From Cyanophyceae cyanobacterium (lineage in GTDB: Bacteria > Cyanobacteriota > Cyanobacteriia > Cyanobacteriales > JBHJGN01): DNA of 64,000 nt. The position numbers and the translations under genes are program-made. A model generated the notes under the pieces. The model saw nothing but the letters and a program-made list of their open reading frames with translations, ran no database searches and was not told where the DNA came from. Shown here piece by piece: positions 10,799-19,514 of the stretch. Each line of letters opens with the position of its first letter. Position 1 is the first letter of the stretch. The stretch is from positions 1 through 64,000 of the forward strand of contig JBHJGN010000001.1 of NCBI GenBank assembly GCA_050331735.1, read 5' to 3'.

Positions 10799-11224
10799 AA
10801 TTGCTCCTCACTAATCTGGCAGTGCTGACTGTTTAGGTCCAAAATGAAAGTTGCTGATCATTTAGTCAAAGGTTGCTCTGAAAAAAATGGGCAGTCGTGC
10901 TGCTAAGCTCGTTCGATTCTAGACCACTATAGCCAGTCCCATTCTGAGCGACAATAGTATAAAAAATAGCAATTACGGTTCCTGGCTGAGAGCGATTGCT
11001 CTTGATTAGAGACCCCTCAGTACCCAAAAAAGTTTCTTTTGTGACCAGAGCCGTTGTCTCCTCCTTCTGGGCAGAAGGAAACCAATTAAGCAAGCCGCTT
11101 CCCACCTGCTTTCTGACCTGAGCAGATAATTTGACCCAGAACGAGACCGATTGCTAAAGCGAGCAGTCGGTGTGTAAGTTTAAACTACGATTTTCTCCAG
11201 ACCAGTCGCCGAAGGATTGCTGCC

Positions 11225-14200
11225 GTGCAACGACCCGATGTATCTTCTCTCTCGCTTGAGGTAAGCTGTTCCCCGTATTTCCTCTCGTGGCTTCAGGAGC
11301 AGCAGCTTAGTCTTGCCCTCACCACCTATCAAACCAATCGCTTGTTTTTGGTAGGAACGAAACCGGATGGGCAGCTTTCTACTTTTGAGCGCTATTTCGA
11401 GCGAGCGATGGGTCTTTACGGGTCTTCAGAACGACTGTATTTGAGTACGCGCTATCAGCTTTGGCAGTTAGATAATGTACTGCAAACGGGCGAGCAGTAT
11501 CGGGGGTACGATAAGCTCTATGTTCCCCGCATTGGTTATACGACCGGAGATCTGAATATTCATGATGTTGCCGTTTCTGGGGAGCGGCAGCAGGTGGTGT
11601 TTGTCAATACGGCCTATAGCTGCTTAGCTACTTTGAGCGATCGCCACAGCTTTACTCCCCTCTGGCAGCCGTCATTTATTTCTAAGCTCGCTCCGGAAGA
11701 TCGCTGCCATCTCAACGGTGTAGCCATGGCCGACGGTAAGCCGCGCTACGTCACCGCCATCAGTCGCTCAGATGTGGCCTCTGGCTGGCGCGAGCGCCGA
11801 CAGGATGGTGGGGTAGTGGTCGATGTTGAAACCAACGAAGTTGTGCTCAGCGGCCTCTCGATGCCCCATTCACCGCGAGTCTACCAAAATCGTCTCTGGC
11901 TGCTCAATTCCGGAACGGGGGAGTTTGGCTACCTCGATGAGCAGTTTGTGCCCGTAGCCTTTTGTCCGGGGTTTCTGCGCGGACTGGCGTTTCACCACAA
12001 CTTTGCCATTGTCGGTCTTTCTAAACCCCGCGATCGCCACTTCACCGGACTGGCTTTGGATGAGCGGCTGGCGGCCAAAGATGCCGTTCCTCGCTGCGGC
12101 TTGATGGTGATTGACTTAACCACCGGCAACATTGCTCACTGGCTCCAGATGGAAGGAGTCGTTAAGGAACTGTTTGATGTCGTGGTGCTACCGGGAGTGC
12201 GGCTGCCCACCGCTTTAGGGTTTAAAACCGATGAAATCTGCCAGGTAGTAACGTTTGAGCAGTCGGGCGGCGGCAGTCAAGTTGTGCCTGCTACGCCCCC
12301 GCCTCCTCAACCCTCCGCCCAGCCTCGGCTGCTGTTTCGTCAGGGCAAAGCGCTCACGGCGCAGGGAAACCTGGCGGCTGCCGTCACCGCCTTTCAAGAG
12401 GCCATTCGCAGCGCCCCAGACTATCTAGCCGCCTATAACCAGCTAGGCAACGTCTTGCAGGCTCAAGGACGGGTGGAAGAGGCGATCGCCGCCTATCAGC
12501 AGGGATTAGCCGTTAATCCTAACGTCGCCGCGCTCCAGTGCAATCTAGGCAACGCCTGGCAGATGCAGGGACAGGTTGAAGAGGCGATCACCGCCTACCA
12601 ACGCGCCATTGAGCTAGACTCTACCTTTGCTCTGGCCTACTTTAATTTAGGTCAACTGCTGGCGGCGCAGCACCAACCAGATGCCGCTGAACACCACTTT
12701 CAGCAAGCCCTCCGCCACCAGCCCCACGCCGCTGAAATTTATCTCCAGTACGGGAATCTGCTTCAGCAGCAGGGGCGCACTGAAGAGGCGATCGCTCAGT
12801 TTCGAGAGGCAATCGGGCGGCAGCCCAGCGCTGAGGCCTACGTGAGTTTAGGGACGGCGCTTCAAAGTCAGCAGGCATTTGAGCTCGCTCAATCTTGCTA
12901 TCAACGGGCGCTCCAGCTTAAGCCTGACCTGGCTGCTGCCCACTTTAAGCTCGGTTTACTGCAAGACTATCAAAACGACCTCGAGGCCGCGAGAGCGAGC
13001 TACGAGCAGGCTCTCTCTCTCTCTCCCCAGGCGACGGATGTTGTGTACTACTTAAGCAATCTTTATTTAAAGCTCGGCGACTGGGAAGACTACGAAGCCC
13101 GAACGCAAGCGCTCATTCAAGCTACCCACACTCATCTGAGCAGCAACGCCTCCACGGCGCTGCCGCCGCTGACGCTCAACTACTTTCCCGTTCCCCTCTC
13201 TCTGCACGCGGCGGTAGCTCGTCAGCGGGCCACCCTGATTACTCGGCTGATGGCGGCGACTCAAGCCAACTGTCTCTTTCAGGATGCCCCCGTTCTCTCA
13301 GATGGCAAAATCCGGTTAGGCTACCTGTCCCCAGATTTTCGCGAACACGCCGTGGGGATTCTTATTGGCGATCTGTTTCCCCACCACGACCGCGATCGCT
13401 TCGAGGTATATGCCTACAGTCTGCTCGCCTCCGATGATGCCATTGCTCAGAAGATTCAAGGCAGATGCGATCGCTTCATCGACCTGTCTAGCCATTCTCC
13501 GGTCGCCGCCGCTCGCCAAATCCATCGCGATTGTGTTCAAATCTTGATCGACTTGGCAGGCTACACGACCTACTCTCGCCCAGAAATCTTGGCTCTTCAG
13601 CCTGCCCCGGTTCAGTGTCTGTATCTGGGCTACCCAGACACGATGGGAGCCGCTTTTGTGCAGTACCTGATCGCCGACCGCTGGGTTGCACCGCCAGAAA
13701 TTGCGAGCACCTACACCGAAAAAGTGATTTACCTTCCCCATCAGTTCATGGCCTCTGAGCTAGAGATAGCTCCCCCGCTGACAAGACCGGAAGTGGGCTT
13801 ACCGCAAGAGGCGTTTGTGTTTTGCTGCTTTAATGCCCATCACAAAATCGAGCCGACCGTCTTTACGAGCTGGATGAACATTCTCAAGCAGGTTCCCGGT
13901 TCAGTGCTGTGGCTCTCCGCCGGAGCAGATCCCCTAATGAACAACCTCCGGACTCAAGCCGAACAGCGCGGAGTAGCCGCCTCTCGCCTGATTTTTGCCC
14001 CCCAGCTACCGCTCCCCCAATACTTAGCTCGCTGTCAACTTGCCGATCTGTTTCTCGATACCTTTTCCTACAGTGCTGGCTCCACTGCTGTTTGTGCCTT
14101 ATCTGCGGGCTTACCCCTGTTGACGAAGTTAGGAGAAACGAACGCCTCGCGCATGGGAGCCAGCATTTGTGCAGCCGCTGGCTTAGAAGCGATGATTTGT

Positions 14201-14416
14201 TCTAGTGTGCCCGAATACGAGCAGCGAGCCATCGAGCTCGCGACCCAGCCCCACGAACTCGCCTTCCTTCGTCACCACCTCCGCGACCAGAAATCGAGTC
14301 TCCCCCTGTTCAACCCCCAGCAGCACGTTCGACACTTAGAAAAGGCGTTTCTAGAAATGTGGCAGCAGTACATCTCAACGAACAATCAACAATCAACCGT
14401 CAACAAAAAACTTTAA
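11225..14416 (+). CDS. TIGR03032/DUF4915 domain + TPR array + GT41 (OGT/SPINDLY-like) glycosyltransferase fusion
   Basis: N-term PEDRCHLNG, GLSMPHSPR, FCPGFLRGL; about 7-8 TPRs; C-term IRLGYLSPDFREHAVG, ILIDLAGYT, APVQ..YLGYPDTMG, FCCFN..HKI, ADLFLDTFSY. Confidence 0.85.
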   Translation: MQRPDVSSLSLEVSCSPYFLSWLQEQQLSLALTTYQTNRLFLVGTKPDGQLSTFERYFERAMGLYGSSERLYLSTRYQLWQLDNVLQTGEQYRGYDKLYVPRIGYTTGDLNIHDVAVSGERQQVVFVNTAYSCLATLSDRHSFTPLWQPSFISKLAPEDRCHLNGVAMADGKPRYVTAISRSDVASGWRERRQDGGVVVDVETNEVVLSGLSMPHSPRVYQNRLWLLNSGTGEFGYLDEQFVPVAFCPGFLRGLAFHHNFAIVGLSKPRDRHFTGLALDERLAAKDAVPRCGLMVIDLTTGNIAHWLQMEGVVKELFDVVVLPGVRLPTALGFKTDEICQVVTFEQSGGGSQVVPATPPPPQPSAQPRLLFRQGKALTAQGNLAAAVTAFQEAIRSAPDYLAAYNQLGNVLQAQGRVEEAIAAYQQGLAVNPNVAALQCNLGNAWQMQGQVEEAITAYQRAIELDSTFALAYFNLGQLLAAQHQPDAAEHHFQQALRHQPHAAEIYLQYGNLLQQQGRTEEAIAQFREAIGRQPSAEAYVSLGTALQSQQAFELAQSCYQRALQLKPDLAAAHFKLGLLQDYQNDLEAARASYEQALSLSPQATDVVYYLSNLYLKLGDWEDYEARTQALIQATHTHLSSNASTALPPLTLNYFPVPLSLHAAVARQRATLITRLMAATQANCLFQDAPVLSDGKIRLGYLSPDFREHAVGILIGDLFPHHDRDRFEVYAYSLLASDDAIAQKIQGRCDRFIDLSSHSPVAAARQIHRDCVQILIDLAGYTTYSRPEILALQPAPVQCLYLGYPDTMGAAFVQYLIADRWVAPPEIASTYTEKVIYLPHQFMASELEIAPPLTRPEVGLPQEAFVFCCFNAHHKIEPTVFTSWMNILKQVPGSVLWLSAGADPLMNNLRTQAEQRGVAASRLIFAPQLPLPQYLARCQLADLFLDTFSYSAGSTAVCALSAGLPLLTKLGETNASRMGASICAAAGLEAMICSSVPEYEQRAIELATQPHELAFLRHHLRDQKSSLPLFNPQQHVRHLEKAFLEMWQQYISTNNQQSTVNKKL

Positions 14417-14428
14417 TCGGAGTAACTT

Positions 14429-15637
14429 TTACGATCCACTGCTCACCGTGATTCGCGGTGCGGCTAAGCGGTGGGTGTAGGTCACCTGGAAGCGTTCTCC
14501 TAATGAGACGGGGAGCGGCTTCCCTAACGCCCAGACCAGGCTATACCAGTGGTTATCGGGCGGAACCTGGGCCGGATGGGTGGTGAGCCAGTTGTTGGGA
14601 CTAAATTCTACGTCAAAGTAGATGAGTAGCCCGTTAATTGTTCCTGCTGTTTGAGCGATCGCGCTGACGGTATGGGAGAACCCGGTGTTGGTGACGGTGG
14701 CAAAATCTACGTCTGCCAGCAGCAGTGGTTCGCTCAACGTCAGCCACTCCTTTGGTGTATCTGCCCGGACATAGAAGGTATGATCCGAGCGAGCCATCGC
14801 CGCCAGCGCTCTAAAGTCAATGCCGTACCAGGACTGCCAGGTTTTTAGCGTTGGCGCTGTCCAGGTTTTTTGGGCGAGTTTCTCTGGCGGAATGGTAATG
14901 GCGAGTCCCATCACCTGTAGTTTCCCCGGTACAAAGCGAGGCTTAGGCTGGAGCAACCGCTTGCGGGCATCGATGGTTACTTCTAGCGCCCGCTCAGATA
15001 GAGGTTCATCGCCGATCATTTCCGTCACTAGAACATCAGCTCGCTCGGGTAAACTGACCTGTGTAGACCATCCCGGCACTAGCGTGATCCGGTCTGCCAA
15101 TCCGTTGACCTCGAACAGAGCTTGAGCCGACTTCCCAATGCTGCTCGCTTCGATGGCATAAACCTGTTTTGCTCCAGCCTGCGCTGCGGCGATCGCCAAT
15201 ACGCCGGTTCCGGTTCCAATATCAACGACCACATCGCCGGGACGAACCACTGCTTGAATACCGGAGATCAATTGAGATGTCCGCTGGCGGTCATTGAGCA
15301 TGGCAATATGAACGGCAGCAGCATCGTAGCCGAGCGGATCGGCTCTCAGCACCGCTGGCAGTTGCCCGGCCTCTTGCAGAATGCCGACCTGATGCAGCCG
15401 CAGAACGGTACTGGTCAAATTCATCCAGTCTTGAACCCCCTGAACCTGAGCTTTGAGCCGCTCCAGTGCCTCAGAAACTGATGTGGGGTAGGCAAACACC
15501 TCCAGCACAGCTAAAGCATGTTGACCACCGCGATAGCTTCTTCCCGACCAGACAATCTGCACCTGGTTGCTAGCATCAATTTCAATGGTCAGGTTAGGCA
15601 CTCGCTGTAGACGAGTATCAATAGAAAAGTTACTCAT
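14429..15637 (-). CDS. PRMT-like SAM-dependent methyltransferase with RRE/winged-helix-like N-terminus (lasso cluster tailoring enzyme)
   Basis: HIAMLNDRQRT, VVDIGTGTG, YAIEAS, double-E loop (TEMIGDEPLSE), NHW loop. Start set at 15637 because the upstream extension is repeat DNA. Confidence 0.8.
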   Translation of the reverse strand: MSNFSIDTRLQRVPNLTIEIDASNQVQIVWSGRSYRGGQHALAVLEVFAYPTSVSEALERLKAQVQGVQDWMNLTSTVLRLHQVGILQEAGQLPAVLRADPLGYDAAAVHIAMLNDRQRTSQLISGIQAVVRPGDVVVDIGTGTGVLAIAAAQAGAKQVYAIEASSIGKSAQALFEVNGLADRITLVPGWSTQVSLPERADVLVTEMIGDEPLSERALEVTIDARKRLLQPKPRFVPGKLQVMGLAITIPPEKLAQKTWTAPTLKTWQSWYGIDFRALAAMARSDHTFYVRADTPKEWLTLSEPLLLADVDFATVTNTGFSHTVSAIAQTAGTINGLLIYFDVEFSPNNWLTTHPAQVPPDNHWYSLVWALGKPLPVSLGERFQVTYTHRLAAPRITVSSGS

Positions 15638-15639
15638 GA

Positions 15640-15865
15640 CACGACATCCCTCCGGGACGGGGAAGCGGTGCGACCCTGCGCCGCCGGAAGGCGCAAGGGA
15701 ACGCGCACCAAGACAGGGAAAATAGTTCCTCCGGAACGGGGAAAGGGGAAACAACTGCCGCCGTAGGAAGCACACGACGGGGAAAGAACACAGGACTAGG
15801 GAATAGGCTGATTTATTCTCCCTTTCCCCCTTCCCCTTTGCCCTTTTCCCGCGCCTGTGGCGCTA
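15640..15865. repeat. Heptamer/mini-hairpin repeat element overlapping the kinase 3' end
   Basis: CCCTCCGGGAC, GTTCCTCCGGAAC (15725), GGGGAAAGAACACAGG, CCCGCGCCTGTGGCGC. Confidence 0.75.
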
Positions 15866-16832
15866 TGCAAGCGGCGCCTATGATCGTCGCGCAGAGCTTG
15901 TCTAGGCGACCAGCGTCCGCGTGGGGAACGAGCTGCTGTACTGGAATCTGCTTGACTAGGCGGCTGAGGTGCTCAAATTCCTGGGCTCGTAGGGAGCGAT
16001 CCAATAAATAATTAACGTAGGTATTTTTGACAAGAGCCATCAGACTCTCTTGCTGAGAGAGCGGCTTGACAAAGGGAGCTTTTGGGTCGAGAGTGCGGGG
16101 ACTAAATAAATAAATTTGAGCGAGCGGCAGGGGATGCTGTTGGAAGCGATAGCCCGCTTGCGTGAGGTCGAGATAGCGCTTGTCCCAGGTAGGATGGGTG
16201 GGCACAATGCGCGGCAGAGCATCAGGAGATTGGTATAAAGCCTTGACCGATTCTGACCAGAGACGAATGCGCGGATAGGCGGGCTGCACTAGAAAGCGAT
16301 CGCCTTCCTCGATTAACGGCACTACATCATCCGATAGCACCGGATAGCCCAGCTTCGCTAAGGCGGCAGCGGTGGTCGATTTGCCAGCCCCCGCCCGACC
16401 AACCAGCGCCACGGCCTGATTGCCAATGGCGATCGCACTGGCATGCAGACAGGTTATTCGACGCAGGCGCAGCCCCCATCCCAATACAGGACCAAGCAAG
16501 TAAGTCGCTGTGTCTTCTAGGGTTAAATCAGCGGGCCAGTTTGCCCAAATCCGCTGGCCCTGAGCATCAATAATAAATTGGGTTCCGTCCCCGTACTGCA
16601 ACCAGAAAGCCTGGTTTTCTAGAGACATCACCTGCACCACCGGTTTTCCTTCGATCTGAGTCGGGCTGCTATACCACGGCGTACGCTCTTTGTCTACAAC
16701 GCCTGCCAGCCACTGAGGTGATTCTCGCAGCCATACCTGAACTCGATTGAACTTTGACCTTACTTGAGGAATCAGCCCAGGAATTGGTTGATTAGTACAC
16801 AAATCGAGTCCGTAGATCCGATAGCAGGGCAT
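15813..16832 (-). CDS. HPr-kinase-like P-loop kinase of the lasso cluster
   Basis: LHASAI, Walker A GRAGAGKSTT, LSDDV, PAYPRIRLW; start overlaps the precursor stop (TGATG). Confidence 0.85.
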   Translation of the reverse strand: MPCYRIYGLDLCTNQPIPGLIPQVRSKFNRVQVWLRESPQWLAGVVDKERTPWYSSPTQIEGKPVVQVMSLENQAFWLQYGDGTQFIIDAQGQRIWANWPADLTLEDTATYLLGPVLGWGLRLRRITCLHASAIAIGNQAVALVGRAGAGKSTTAAALAKLGYPVLSDDVVPLIEEGDRFLVQPAYPRIRLWSESVKALYQSPDALPRIVPTHPTWDKRYLDLTQAGYRFQQHPLPLAQIYLFSPRTLDPKAPFVKPLSQQESLMALVKNTYVNYLLDRSLRAQEFEHLSRLVKQIPVQQLVPHADAGRLDKLCATIIGAACIAPQAREKGKGEGGKGE

Positions 16833-16984
16833 CAGCCCGTTTTAACGACAACAATACCGCGAAGCACCTCCCCGTCGGGAGTACCTTGGTCGCCCAGGGC
16901 CAAGGTTGATTCTGCGACACTCCCGTACACCGAAAATTGAGGGCTGTGATACGGTTGCTTTGACTGTTGTGATGCGCTCATCAT
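16832..16984 (-). CDS. Lasso peptide precursor (50 aa, not in ORF track): MMSASQQSKQPYHSPQFSVYGSVAESTL|ALGDQGTPDGEVLRGIVVVKTG
   Basis: Hand translation. GGAGG RBS at 16990-16994; leader motif YxxPx[L/F]xxxGxxxxxTx; core starts Ala with Asp at position 9. Confidence 0.9.
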   Translation of the reverse strand: MMSASQQSKQPYHSPQFSVYGSVAESTLALGDQGTPDGEVLRGIVVVKTG

Positions 16985-17049
16985 CCTATCCTCCACCAAT
17001 AAAATCTAATCCATACTACCCGACAGAGAAACTTTAGAGCAATATTTCT

Positions 17050-17440
17050 CCGGAAAGGGAAGGCAGCGAAGCTGCGGGGAAAGGGTAAACTGTCGCGTTC
17101 GCGACGGGGAAAGGGAAAGCTGTCCCTCCGGGACGGGGAAAGGGAAAAGAGGAAACTGTCGCGTTCGCGACGGGGAAAGAACACAGGACCAAGGAATAAG
17201 CTGATACCATTTACCGAAAGTAGTCAGATAGTTCCCAAACGAACCAAGAATGGGAGGTTCAAGGGCAAAGAGCTGCTGTGCTTCCCTTTCCCCTTTACCC
17301 CTTCCCCTTTCCCCCAACTCATCAAGTCTCCTATTACTTGTTCTAATTGGTATGAGTTATTCTTCCCTTCCCCCTTCCCCTTTCCCCCGCGCCGACGGCG
17401 CTTCCCTTTTCCCCGCGCCGACAGCGCTTTCCCTTTACCC
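17050..17440. repeat. Heptamer/mini-hairpin repeat array containing a nested MITE
   Basis: GTCGCGTTCGCGAC x2 (17092, 17158), GTCCCTCCGGGAC (17122), CCCGCGCCGAC[GA]GCGCT x2. Confidence 0.8.
17205..17352. mobile_element. 148-bp MITE-like element with 9-bp imperfect TIRs and TGA target duplication
   Basis: TACCATTTA...TAATTGGTA flanked by TGA on both sides; near-identical inverted copy at 29723-29856; partial copy at 2757. Confidence 0.75.
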
Positions 17441-17441
17441 G

Positions 17442-19214
17442 TCACGCACCGGACATTAGCCAGTAGCCTAAACTGACCGGGCGGAGATTTAGCCAAGCTG
17501 TTGAGGGATCTAAAGACTGGGTGGCTGCTGTTAGTAAATTGATATCTACGTAATCTCTAATCGGCAACTGAGCAAGATGTTGCCAGGGGTTTGGCCCCTG
17601 GTGTAAATGCTGAGCTAGAGGAGAGCCGACCAGCGGCGTTTTCGGACGCTGAAGCACTTCAGGCGGTAGCTTCCCCTTCATCGCGACTCGCAAGAGCTGT
17701 TTGCCAACACACCAAGGCAGCGGCGGCAGTGCCAGCAGGTAGCTTAGTAATCGAAGATCTAGAAAAGGAAACCGCACCTCAATCGGACACAGAGAAACTC
17801 CCGGATCTTGAGATTCAAACAGTGCTGACCAAAGCGGCAGAACCATGCCCTGATAGGCTTTGGCTCGCGGCGCATCCGCGACTGGTTTCTGGGTCACCTG
17901 TTGCCATCGCTCAACTAGGTGTAGACGCCGAGCAAAATCGGTCCTCAGCCAGGGGGGATAGGTAGACGCGGCTTTTCTCCTCCGCCACCAGGCATACACC
18001 CCAGTTCCCCAGCGTGGACGCAGTTTGTGAATGAGCAAACAGCGCAGCACATCAACCGCAACTTGACTGGCTGACCCCATCTTCAGCATCTCGGCAACGG
18101 TCGCATAGGCAAAGGCTTCGTCGCCGCCTTCTCCATAGAGAGCCACGCGGCTATAGCGAGCCACCTGCTGAGACTGTTCCCAACCGCCGAGGGCGAGAGG
18201 ACGATGGTAAGGCTCTTGCCCCTTTAATTCCGGTCGTTCCCATCCCTGGTAGAACTGATAGTCGTCGCAACTCCAGTAATGAATAGGAATGCCAAGGTGT
18301 TGGGCAACTAAGCCTGAATAGTAACGCTCTTGACTAGGAATAAGGCGATCGTAAACAGTGGTAAAAGCCTGGATCTCGGTGGAGCCACTCCCCACTTCCA
18401 CAGCCGTGGCGGCGATCGCCGTTGAATCGAGTCCGCCGCTCATGTAGATGGCTACGCGCTCGGTGTTGAGGCGATCGCCTACTGCCACCGCCATGAGTTC
18501 CTGAAACTGATCAATATAGTCTTGCGATCGCCGGTAGCGAATCGGTTCATAAACGGGCAGTTCCCAGTAGCGCTGCTGCTGAATCTCGGTAGTGACGGAG
18601 AGCGTATGGGCTCTGGGTAAGCGCTGAATATCCGCCCAGACGGTTGTTTCAAGATTGTAGTTCATCTCGAAAAGCAGAAAATCGCCGATGGCCTGCTCGT
18701 TAAGCCGATCAGAAATGAGTGGATGTTGACGCAGACAGCTTAAGGTGTTGCTGAAGATGAAGCAGTGACCGACCAGGGCATAATAAAACAGCTTGACCCC
18801 AAAGCGATCGCGGGCGCAAAACAAACGTTGCTGGCTGCTATCCCAAATTGCAAAGGCAAAATCTCCCATGAGGAACTGAACGCAGCCTTCTCCCCAAACG
18901 AGATAGGCTCTCAAGATTAGCTCGCTGTCGGTTTTTCCCAGTTGCTCAACGCCCAGCTTGTCAGCCAGTTCAGCTCGTCCGTCAAGGCGAGCATCGGCAG
19001 TAATCCACGCCTGTCCGTCTACACTGACAGGTTGTTGCTCATTCGCTGACTTCCAAGTAGTGTGCAGCAGCGCGTGTCCTAAACCCACCGCCTGTTCTAG
19101 CCAAATCTCCTGAGCATCCGGCCCTCGAAAAGCCAGCGATTGAGTCAGACGGTGCAGTAGCTCCCGCTCAACAGGAGATCCATTGAGATGAACAATACCG
19201 ACAATGCCACTCAA
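17442..19214 (-). CDS. Lasso peptide cyclase (asparagine synthetase-like C protein)
   Basis: N-terminus MSGIVG lacks the catalytic Cys of AsnB; RGPD, ARDRFGVK, SGGLDS, GEGGDE, RFPFLD; lies between PqqD and precursor; TTG start. Confidence 0.88.
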   Translation of the reverse strand: MSGIVGIVHLNGSPVERELLHRLTQSLAFRGPDAQEIWLEQAVGLGHALLHTTWKSANEQQPVSVDGQAWITADARLDGRAELADKLGVEQLGKTDSELILRAYLVWGEGCVQFLMGDFAFAIWDSSQQRLFCARDRFGVKLFYYALVGHCFIFSNTLSCLRQHPLISDRLNEQAIGDFLLFEMNYNLETTVWADIQRLPRAHTLSVTTEIQQQRYWELPVYEPIRYRRSQDYIDQFQELMAVAVGDRLNTERVAIYMSGGLDSTAIAATAVEVGSGSTEIQAFTTVYDRLIPSQERYYSGLVAQHLGIPIHYWSCDDYQFYQGWERPELKGQEPYHRPLALGGWEQSQQVARYSRVALYGEGGDEAFAYATVAEMLKMGSASQVAVDVLRCLLIHKLRPRWGTGVYAWWRRRKAASTYPPWLRTDFARRLHLVERWQQVTQKPVADAPRAKAYQGMVLPLWSALFESQDPGVSLCPIEVRFPFLDLRLLSYLLALPPLPWCVGKQLLRVAMKGKLPPEVLQRPKTPLVGSPLAQHLHQGPNPWQHLAQLPIRDYVDINLLTAATQSLDPSTAWLNLRPVSLGYWLMSGA

Positions 19215-19223
19215 AACCTTTCC

Positions 19224-19514
19224 TCAACGCTCAGATGAAGTTCCTGATTGCTCCTCAGTAACGCTCAGTAACCCGTGGTCTACGAGCTTTTGAATCAACT
19301 GCTGTAGGTCTCGACGAAGCTGTTCTGGTTCTACATCGTACTCTGCTAGCAAGGTTTTATAGGCCGCTTCCACTTCTGTTTTTTCAACCAGGGTGGTCCA
19401 CATGCGAGTTCCCACATCGTCTAACCCAAAATACTGCTCGCTAGCCAGATTCAGCAGCACCGATTCACCACCAACATCTTGAATCAAAACCTCTTGCGGC
19501 ACAGAAACTTTCAT
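19224..19514 (-). CDS. PqqD-family RiPP recognition element (lasso B1/E protein)
   Basis: GESVLLNL..EQYFGLDDVGTRMW...EYDVEPEQLRRDL..L...GLL; GAGGAG RBS. Confidence 0.92.
   Translation of the reverse strand: MKVSVPQEVLIQDVGGESVLLNLASEQYFGLDDVGTRMWTTLVEKTEVEAAYKTLLAEYDVEPEQLRRDLQQLIQKLVDHGLLSVTEEQSGTSSER

Noticed and set aside
15638..15775. 46-aa N-terminal extension of the methyltransferase ORF
   Set aside because: Entirely repeat-derived; the real start is more plausibly ATG 15637.
17050..17200. Repeated hairpin units resembling a CRISPR array
   Set aside because: Units are 13-14 nt and variable, separated by heptamer runs rather than unique spacers; no cas genes in the window.
17006..17496. 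Short ORFs between cyclase and precursor as a possible B2 peptidase or extra precursor
   Set aside because: They are translations of heptamer/MITE DNA (GKGKGE, FPFP) with no Cys-His-Asp motif or leader motif; similar peptides arise at 2702-2911 and 29514-29810.
17442..19214. Housekeeping asparagine synthetase AsnB
   Set aside because: The N-terminal catalytic Cys is replaced by Ser and the gene is flanked by an RRE and a lasso-type precursor.
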